From Nemertoderma westbladi (Eukaryota; Animalia; Xenacoelomorpha), in assembly GCA_032718475.1 (NCBI GenBank), contig JAUCBJ010004034.1:1-36649 (forward strand): 36,649 nucleotides of DNA. The letters run 5' to 3'. The notes below the pieces were generated by a model. The model had not been told where the DNA came from. It saw only the letters and a list, made by a program, of their open reading frames with translations, and did no database searches. Positions 27,541 through 35,727 of the stretch are shown piece after piece. The position numbers and the translations under genes are program-made. The first letter of the stretch is position 1, and each line of letters opens with the position of its first letter.

Positions 27541-29346
27541 CCCCAGGGCTCTCTGTTCTAGGGCCACTCTCTACCTCAGGGCTCTCTGTTCTAGGGCCAC
27601 TCTCTACCTCAGGGCTCTCTGTTCTAGGGCCGCTCTCTACCTCAGGGCTCTCTGTTCTAGGGCCACTCTCTACCTCAGGGCTCTCTGTTCTAGGGCCGCT
27701 CTCTACCTCAGGGCTATCTCTGTTCTAGGGCCACTCTCTACCTCAGGGCTCTCTGTTCTAGGGCCACTCTCTACCTCAGGGCTCTCTGTTCTAGGGCCGC
27801 TCTCTACCTCAGGGCTATCTCTGTTCTAGGGCCACTCTCTACCTCAGGGCTATCTCTGTTCTAGGGCTGCTCTCTACCTCGTTCTAGGGCCACTCTCTAC
27901 CTCAGGGCTCTCTGTTCTAGGGCCGCTCTCTACCTCAGGGGTTCTAGGGCCACTCTCTACCTCAGGGCTCTCTGTTCTAGGGCCACTCTCTACCTCAGGG
28001 CTCTCTATGTTCTAGGGCCAATCTGTACCCCAGGGCTCTCTGTTCTAGGGCCACTCTCTACCCCAGGGCTCTCTGTTCTAGGGCCGCTCTCTACCTCAGG
28101 GCTATCTCTGTTCTAGGGCCACTCTCTACCTCGTTCTAGGGCCGCTTTCTACCTCGTTCTAGAGCCGCTCTCTACCTCAGGGCTCTCTGTTCTAGGGCCA
28201 CTCTCTACCCCAGGGCTCTCTGTCTCTAGGGCCGCTCTCTACCTCAGGGCTCTCTGTCTCTAGGGCCGCTCTCTACCTCAGGCGTTCTAGGGCCGCTCTC
28301 TACCTCAGGGCTCTCTGTTCTAGGGCCACCCTCTACCTCAGGGCTACTCTGTTCTAGGGCCGCTCTCTACCTCAGGGATGTTCTAGGGCCACTCTCTACC
28401 CCAGGGCTCTCTGTCTCTAGGGCCGCTCTCTACCTCAGGGCAGTTCTAGGGCCGCTCTCTACCCCAGGGCTCTCTGTTCTAGGGCCACTCTCTACCCCAG
28501 GGCTCTCTGTCTCTAGGGCCGCTCTCTACCTCAGGGGTTCTAGGGCCGCTCTCTACCCCAGGGCTCTCTGTTCTAGGGCCGCTCTCTACCTCAGGGCTCT
28601 CTGTTCTACGGCCACTCTCTACCTCAGGGCTCTCTGTTCTAGGGCCACTCTCTACCCCAGGGCTCTCTGTTCTAGGACCGCTCTCTACCCCAGGGCTCTC
28701 TGTTCTAGGGCCGCTCTCTACCCCAGGGCTCTATGTTCTAGGGCGCTCTCTACCTCAGGGCTCTCTGTTCTAGGGCCACTCTCTAAACCAGGGCTCTCTG
28801 TTCTAGGGCCACTCTCTACCTCAGGGCTCTCTGTTCTAGGGCCGCTCTCTACCTCAGGGCTCTCTGTTCTAGGGCCGCTCTCTACCTCAGGGGTTCTAGG
28901 GCTACTCTCTACCTCAGGGCTCTCTGTTCTAGGGCCGCTCTCTACCTCAGGGGTTCTAGGGCCACTCTCTACCTCAGGGCTCTCTGTTCTAGGGCCGCTC
29001 TCTACCTCAGGGGTTCTAGGGCCGCTCTCTACCCAAGGGCTCTCTACCTCAGGGCTCTCTGTTCTTGGGCCGCTCTCTACCTCAGGGCCGTTCTAGGGCC
29101 GCTCTCTACCTCAGGGGTTCTAGGGCCACTCTCTACCTCAGGGCTCTCTGTTCTAGGGCCGCTCTCTACCTCAGGACTCTATGTTCTAGGGCCGCTCTCT
29201 ACCTCAGGGCCGTTCTAGGGCCACCCTCTACCTCTGGGCCGTTCTTGGGCCGCTCTCTACCTCAGGGCTATCTATGTTCTAGGGCCACTCTCTACGTCTT
29301 TCTAGTAAATAAATCAACTTGATTTTACTTATACTAATAAATACAT

Positions 29347-29354
29347 ACATACCT
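29347..29354 (-). other. 5' splice donor AG|GTATGT (phase 1)
   Basis: Reverse complement of ACATACCT; close match to the AG|GTRAGT consensus, followed by AT-rich low-complexity intron-like sequence. Confidence 0.7.
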
Positions 29355-29458
29355 ATACTCATACTTAAAGGTTCTTCTTTTGCGAAAGAATTCTTCATTA
29401 ATTCTGCGATTTCATCAACATCTTCCAAAGTAGCTCTTCTGTATTCTATATTAACCAT
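29353..29458 (-). CDS. Putative first coding exon of a GNAT-family, insect-type arylalkylamine/dopamine N-acetyltransferase-like gene (MVNIEYRRATLEDVDEIAELMKNSFAKEEPLSMSI + 1 nt)
   Basis: Manual minus-strand translation. ATG at 29458-29456 has A at -3 and G at +4 after an A-rich leader. 'IEYRRATLEDVDEIAEL' fits the usual GNAT beta1/alpha1 pattern, and 'F-x-x-EEPL' resembles the insect AANAT F-x-x-DEPLN motif (recalled, not searched). Ends at AG|GTATGT. The unspliced frame is 59 aa, just under the shortest ORFs in the track. Confidence 0.72.
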
Positions 29459-29598
29459 AATTGTTTTTTATTTTTTATATAAAATAATTATAAAATTAAA
29501 TTTGATTATCTATGAAACAACTAATTAATTTGCCGAATTTGTGGCTCTCCCCCATACCACACACGTTGGCCCACAACACAAATACAAAATAAATGAAT

Positions 29599-30350
29599 GG
29601 GCAGACCGCGGGGTGCAGCACCCAGGGGCGGACAGAGGGGGTGCAGCACTTAGGGGTGGACCGAGGGGGTGCAGCACCCAGGGGCGGACAGAGGGGGTGC
29701 AGCACTTAGGGGTGGACCGAGGGGGTGCAGCACTTAGGGGCGTACCGAGGGGGTGCAGCACCCACGGGCAGACCGAGGGGGTGCAGCACCCAGGGGCGGA
29801 CAGAGGGGGTGCAGCACTTAGGGGTGGACCGAGGGGGTGCAGCACCCAGGGGCGGACACAGGGGGTGCAGCACCCAGGGGCGGACAGAAGGGGTGCAGCA
29901 CCCATGGGCGAACCGAGGGGGTGCAGCACCCACGGGCAGACCGAGGGGGTGCAGCACCCAGGGGCGGACAGAGGGGGTGCAGCACTTAGGGGTGGACCGA
30001 GGGGGTGCAGCACTTAGGGGCGTACCGAGGGGGTGCAGCACCCACGGGCAGACCGAGGGGGTGCAGCACCCAGGGGCGGACAGAGGGGGTGCAGCACTTA
30101 GGGGCGTACCGAGGGGGTGCAGCACTTAGGGGCGTACCGAGGGGGTGCAGCACCCACGGGCAGACCGAGGGGGTGCAGCACCCAGGGGCGGACAGAGGGG
30201 GTGCAGCACTTAGGGGTGGACCGAGGGGGTGCAGCACCCAGGGGCGGACACAGGGGGTGCAGCACCCAGGGGCGGACAGAAGGGGTGCAGCACTTAGGGG
30301 TGGACCGAGGGGGTGCAGCACCCAGGGGCGGACCGAAGGGGTGCAGCACT
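29599..30350. repeat. 28-bp GC-rich minisatellite (~27 units), consensus GGGGGTGCAGCACCCAGGGGCGGACAGA with CACTTAGGGG/CACCCACGGG variants
   Basis: Visible periodicity; many units contain the palindrome GGGTGC-A-GCACCC. Confidence 0.97.
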
Positions 30351-30529
30351 CAATGCAATGGAATGCTGCACCCCTACTTTGTCTTACTTACTGCTCCAAT
30401 TTCACATTGCACATTTCACATTTCACCTGCGGCACAACAAAGTGCCGTGTTATCAAGGCTTACTTCGCTATATTATATCAACCCTGGGTATCTAGAATTC
30501 TCTAATAAAATTTATTTTAACATATGATA
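30351..30529 (+). repeat. ~180-bp non-tandem tail, copy 1 (direct repeat of 35251-35450)
   Basis: CAATGCAAT..GAATGCTGCACCCCTACTTTGTC...TTTAACATATGATA is near-identical in both copies; ORF-track C-termini also match (..PGYLEFSNKIYFNI). Contains AATAAA at 30504-30509. Confidence 0.95.
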
Positions 30530-30597
30530 CTGTATACAGAATGAAAAAAAAAGAAAATAAAAAAAAGAAAAAAGAAAAAAAAACTGATACAGAATGA
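30529..30597 (+). other. A-rich tract (30544-30583) flanked by an imperfect 15-16-bp direct repeat; possible poly(A)-only retroposition remnant with target-site duplication
   Basis: ACTGTATACAGAATGA (30529-30544) and ACTG-ATACAGAATGA (30583-30597) flank the tract. Confidence 0.55.
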
Positions 30598-33500
30598 CTG
30601 CGGTAAGACTGGTGTCATGTTTAATTACTTATTAACAAAGAATGACTGCGGTGAGACTGGTGCAATGTTTAATTACTTATTAACAAAGAATGACTGCGGT
30701 GAGACTGGTGTAATGTTTAATAACTTATTAACAAAGAATGACTGCGGTGAGACTGGTGCAATGTTTAATTACTTATTAACAAAGAATGACTGCGGTGAGA
30801 CTGGTGCAATGTTTAATAACTTATTAACAAAGAATGACTGCGGTGAGACTGGTGCAATGTTTAATTACTTATTAACAAAGAATGACTGCGGTGAGACTGG
30901 TGCAATGTTTAATTACTTATTAACAAAGAATGACTGCGGTGAGACTGCGGTGAGACTGGTGCAATGTTTAATTACTTATTAACAAAGAATGACTGCGGTG
31001 AGACTGGTGCAATGTTTAATTACTTATTAACAAAGAATGACTGCGGTGAGACTGGTGCAATGTTTAATAATTACTTATTAACAAAGAATGACTGCGGTGA
31101 GACTGGTGCAATGTTTAATTACTTATTAACAATGAATGACTGCGGTGAGACTGGTGCAATGTTTAATTACTTATTAATAATGAATGACTGCGGTGAGACT
31201 GGTGCAATGTGTAATTACTTATTAACAAAGAATGACTGCGGTGAGACTGGTGCAATGTTTAATTACTTATTAACAATGAATGACTGCGGTGAGACTGGTG
31301 CAATGTTTAATTACTTATTAACCAAGAATGACTGCGGTGAGACTGGTGCAATGTTTAATTACTTATTAACAAAGAATGACTGCGGTGAGACTGGTGCAAT
31401 GTTTAATTACTTATTAACCAAGAATGACTGCGGTGAGACTGGTGCAATGTTTAATTACTTATTAACAAAGAATGACTACGGTGAGACTGGTGCAATGTTT
31501 AATTACTTATTAACAAAGAATGACTGCGGTGAGACTGGTGCAATGTTTAATAATTACTTATTAACAAAGAATGACTGCGGTGAGACTGGTGCAATGTTTA
31601 ATTACTTATTAACAAAGAATGACTGCGGTGAGACTGGTGCAATGTTTAATTACTTATTATCAAAGAATGACTGCGGTGAGACTGGTGCAATGTTTAATTA
31701 CTTATTAACCAAGAATGACTGCGGTGAGACTGGTGCAATGTTTAATTACTTATTAACAAAGAATGACTGCGGTGAGACTGGTGCAATGTTTAATAATTAC
31801 TTATTAACAAAGAATGACTGCGGTGAGACTGGTGCAATGTTTAATTACTTATTAACAAAGAATGACTGCGGTGAGACTGGTGTAATGTTTAATTACTTAT
31901 TAACAAAGAATGACTGCGGTGAGACTGGTGCAATGTTTAATTACTTATTAACAAAGAATGACTGCGGTGGGACTGGTGCAATGTTTAATTACTTATTAAC
32001 AAAGAATGACTGCGGTGAGACTGGTGCAATGTTTAATTACTTATTAACAAAGAATGACTGCGGTGAGACTGGTGCAATGTTTAATAATTACTTATTAACA
32101 AAGAATGACTGCGGTGAGACTGGTGCAATGTTTAATTACTTATTAACAAAGAATGACTGCGGTGAGACTGGTGCAATGTTTAATTACTTATTAACAACGA
32201 ATGACTGCGGTGAGACTGGTGCAATGTTTAATTACTTATTAACAAAGAATGACTGCGGTGAGACTGGTGCAATGTTTAATTACTTATTAACAAAGAATGA
32301 CTGCGGTGAGACTGGTGTAATGTTTAATTACTCATTAACCAAGAATGACTGCGGCGAGACTGGTGCAATGTTTAATTACTCATTAACAAAGAATGATTGC
32401 GGTGAGACTGGTGCAATGTTTAATTACTTATTAACAAAGAATGACTGCGGTGAGACTGGTGCAATGTTTAATTACTTATTAACAAAGAATGACTGCGGTG
32501 AGACTGGTGCAATGTTTAATTACTTATTAACAAAGAATGACTGCGGTGAGACTGGTGCAATGTTTAATAATTACTTATTAACAAAGAATGACTGCGGTGA
32601 GACTGGTGCAATGTTTAATTACTTATTAACAAAGAATGACTGCGGTGAGACTGGTGCAATGTTTAATTACTTATTAACAACGAATGACTGCGGTGAGACT
32701 GGTGCAATGTTTAATTACTTATTAACAAAGAATGACTGCGGTGAGACTGGTGCAATGTTTAATTACTTATTAACAAAGAATGACTGCGGTGAGACTGGTG
32801 TAATGTTTAATTACTCATTAACCAAGAATGACTGCGGCGAGACTGGTGCAATGTTTAATTACTCATTAACAAAGAATGATTGCGGTGAGACTGGTGCAAT
32901 GTTTAATAATTACTTATTAACAAAGAATGACTGCGGTGAGACTGGTGCAATGTTTAATTACTTATTAACCAAGAATGACTGCGGTGAGACTGGTGCAATG
33001 TTTAATTACTTATTAACAAAGAATGACTGCGGTGAGACTGGTGTAATGTTTAATTACTCATTAACCAAGAATGACTGCGGCGAGACTGGTGCAATGTTTA
33101 ATTACTCATTAACAAAGAATGATTGCGGTGAGACTGGTGCAATGTTTAATAATTACTTATTAACAAAGAATGACTGCGGTGAGACTGGTGCAATGTTTAA
33201 TTACTTATTAACCAAGAATGACTGCGGCGAGACTGGTGCAATGTTTAATTACTCATTAACAAAGAATGATTGCGGTGAGACTGGTGCAATGTTTAATAAT
33301 TACTTATTAACAAAGAATGACTGCGGTGAGACTGGTGCAATGTTTAATTACTTATTAACAAAAAATGACTGCGGTGAGACTGGTGCAATGTTTAATTACT
33401 TATTAACAAAGAATGACTGCGGTGAGACTGGTGCAATGTTTAATTACTTATGAACAAAGAATGACTGCGGTGAGACTGGTGCAATGTTTAATTACTTATT

Positions 33501-34060
33501 AACCAAGAATGACTGCGGTGAGACTGGTGCAATGTTTAATTACTTATTAACAAAGAATGACTGCGGTGAGACTGGTGCAATGTTTAATTACTTATTAGCC
33601 AAGAATGACTGCGGTGAGACTGGTGCAATGTTTAATTACTTATTAACAAAGAATGACTGCGGTGAGACTGGTGCAATGTTTAATTACTTATTAGCCAAGA
33701 ATGACTGCGGTGAGACTGGTGCAATGTTTAATTACGACTACGGTGAGACTGGTGCAATGTTTAATTACTTATTAGCCAAGAATGACTGTGGTGAGACTGG
33801 TGCAATGTTTAATTACTTATTAACAAAGAATGACTGCGGTGAGACTGGTGCAATGTTTAATTACTTATTAACAAAGAATGACTGCGGTGAGACTGGTGCA
33901 ATGTTTAATTACTTATTAACAAAGAATGACTGCGGTGAGACTGGTGCAATGTTTAATTACTTATTAACAAAGAATGACTGCGGCGCGACTGGTGCAATGT
34001 TTAATTACTCATTAACCAAGAATGACCGCGGTGAGACTGGTGCAAAATTTAATTACTTAT
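30591..34060. repeat. 48-bp tandem satellite (~72 units), consensus AATGACTGCGGTGAGACTGGTGCAATGTTTAATTACTTATTAACAAAG
   Basis: Visible periodicity (16-aa repeat in the track), 51-bp AAT-insertion variants, no unique spacers. Confidence 0.99.
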
Positions 34061-35136
34061 AAATTATTGCAGCAATCAGATCAGTATACGATGGTTCGAC
34101 AACATTTGTGTCTACTGTTGACGGTGACACAGAACCATTTGAAGTGTTATGGGGCGTCCTCCAGGGAGACACACTTGCACCATTCTTGTTCATAATTGTG
34201 GTTGACTATGTTCTACGCATGTCCTTAGATCATCATAATGATGATGGGGTGATGATAACTCCACCTACTGGCTCCAGAAGTCGAGGAAATCCTGCCAAGT
34301 ACCTAACTGATCTAGACTTTGCTGATGACTTAGGAGTACTCTCAGAATCATTAGAGGGAGCCCAACGGCTCCTCAGCTCATTAGAACATGCTGCTTCTAG
34401 TGTTGGTCTTTTTATTAACTCCAGAAATACCAAAATTTTGACAGTTAACTTTGAAAGTTCTCAGCAAATCTCTGATCGGATGAGCATAAGTTCAAAGGAT
34501 GGTATGCTTGAGCATGTGGACGACTTCTGTTACCTGGGATCATGGATCCGGAAGTCAGGTGAGGACCTTCGAATACGTAAGGGAAAGGCATGGGCAGCCT
34601 TGAATAGGCTTTCCAGGATTTGGAAGTCACCGAGAATTAATCGGAAACTTAAGGTCCGATTATTTAGAGCAGCAGTAGTTCCTGTACTCCTCTATGGGAG
34701 TCCATGCTGGGCTCTAACTGCTGAGGACACCAAATCTCTGGATGGCACATTCACAAGAATGCACCACCGGGTTCATTGTGTAAAGTACAATGCACACATC
34801 TCCAACCAGACACTATATAACATTGGAGGTGTCTCATTGGTTCCCCCAAGCTTGACAGTAGAACAAAATCGCCTCCGCTTTGCAGGACATTGCTTTCGCC
34901 GTGAGGACCAGCCAGTGCATAATCTTGTACTTTGGCAGCCTCATGGAGTGAATAAGCATGGTGGACAGCCCATGACTTTCTTGAGACGCATCATAAAGGA
35001 CACTGGCCTTGAAGATGCGGATGATCTAGCAAATGTCATGGGTGATAGGAAGTTGTGGCGGCGCAATTTTGCCGACAAGCCGGCACAGCATTCTTTAAAA
35101 TGCAGCTGCAATGCAGCATGCCGATACTAGTAGTAG
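34061..35136 (+). mobile_element. 5'-truncated RTE-clade non-LTR retrotransposon (LINE) with probable short (TAG)3 3' tail
   Basis: RT motifs GVLQGDTLAPFLF, DLDFADDL, FCYLGS, and RTE-type C-terminal blocks VLLYGSPCW, LDGTFTRM, RLRFAGHCFR. No endonuclease or N-terminal RT subdomains. TAGTAGTAG at 35128-35136. Confidence 0.9.
34063..35130 (+). pseudogene. Reverse transcriptase C-terminal fragment, open frame without a native start
   Basis: Frame extends upstream of the track's GTG (IIAAIRSVYDGSTTFVSTVDGDT...) to the satellite junction; no stop or frameshift until TAG 35128-35130. Confidence 0.88.
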
Positions 35137-35250
35137 CACTCAGGGGTGGGCCGAGGATGTGCAGCACTCAGGGGTGGGCCGAGGGGTGTAGCACTCAGGG
35201 GTGGGCCGAGGGGTGTAGCACTTAAGGGCGGACCGAGGGGGTGCAGCACT
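35134..35250. repeat. Second, short (~4 unit) and diverged copy of the 28-bp minisatellite
   Basis: Units such as GTAGCACTCAGGGGTGGGCCGAGGGGT; last unit matches 30323-30350 region at offset 4900. Confidence 0.93.
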
Positions 35251-35450
35251 CAATGCAATAGAATGCTGCACCCCTACTTTGTCTTACTTACTGCTCCAAT
35301 TTCACATTTTTCCATTTCACAAATGTGCCTGCGGCTGTTTGTTGTGCCTGCGGCACAACAAAGTGCCGTGTTATCAAGGCTTACTTCGCTATATTCTATC
35401 AACCCTGGGTATCTAGAATTCTCTAATAAAATTTATTTTAACATATGATA
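35251..35450 (+). repeat. Non-tandem tail, copy 2, with a net 21-bp longer internal segment
   Basis: Offset to copy 1 changes from 4900 to 4921 across ~35309-35347; AATAAA at 35425-35430. Confidence 0.95.
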
Positions 35451-35727
35451 ATATTCAATAATACATCAGATTGATAGTACTAGAACGAAAGGCACATAGA
35501 GGCCGAAAACGTGCAGTAACCAGAATCATTTAGTATTTATTCATAATAGTTTTATTTTATTAATCATTTCTAATAACTTAGAACTGTTATTATTTAGGTC
35601 CTACACAATGAATATATATATAACACATAGAGTATGTAATTAATATATAAGGCGGTTATGCAATTTGATATAAAATATATTATATTATTTTAATTTTTAT
35701 ATTATTTTATTAATATATTGATAATTG

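Larger units (their letters stand above)
1..29295. repeat. 33-bp tandem satellite, consensus GTTCTAGGGCC(A/G)CTCTCTACCTCAGGGCTCTCT, roughly 900 units; runs off the left edge
   Basis: Directly visible periodicity, matching the 11-aa repeat [11 protein letters not shown] in the ORF track. Length variants include 27 bp (loss of CTCTCT), 35 bp (CTATCTAT) and about 23 bp (ACCTCGTTCT). Ends abruptly at ...CACTCTCTAC 29295. Confidence 0.99.
1..29352 (-). other. Putative first intron (>=29.3 kb, almost entirely satellite); acceptor and exon 2 would lie left of the window
   Basis: Inferred from the donor and the absence of any non-repeat sequence between 1 and 29295. Confidence 0.55.

Noticed and set aside
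1-29295. Canonical telomere tract
   Set aside because: No tandem TTAGGG/TTAGG runs; only isolated variant hexamers within longer units.
29280-29306. Helitron-like 3' end (CTAG followed by T) just after the 33-bp array
   Set aside because: No convincing GC-rich subterminal hairpin, and CTAG occurs in almost every unit.
412-29322. Long repetitive ORFs ([33 protein letters not shown])
   Set aside because: The 33-bp unit is a multiple of 3 and stop-free in several frames; frames switch at 35-bp and other indel variants; no unique domain.
29470-29500. TATA-like TATATAAAA upstream of the putative ATG
   Set aside because: Only about 20 nt from the ATG in extremely AT-rich DNA; not distinguishable from chance.
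29319-29528. 69-aa + strand hydrophobic ORF
   Set aside because: TTG start, AT-rich composition, and antisense to the better-supported minus-strand exon.
29496-30527. Overlapping ORFs on both strands in the 28-bp array
   Set aside because: GC-rich repeat translation artefacts.
34233-34630. Two short minus-strand ORFs
   Set aside because: Antisense shadows of the RT frame.
30591-35130. CRISPR array or prokaryotic RT system (retron, DGR, RT-Cas1)
   Set aside because: No unique spacers, no cas or partner genes, and the RT has eukaryotic RTE-clade LINE motifs.
35139-35215. Similarity of copy-2 28-bp units (CTCAGGGGT..GGGCCG) to the 27-bp variant of the 33-bp satellite
   Set aside because: Only short G-rich matches; the rest of the units do not align.
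35480-35512. Penelope-type hammerhead-like string CTAGAACGAAAGGC...GCCGAAAACG
   Set aside because: The CUGANGA core is broken and no stem I/III partner is visible; an Infernal search with hammerhead models would settle it.
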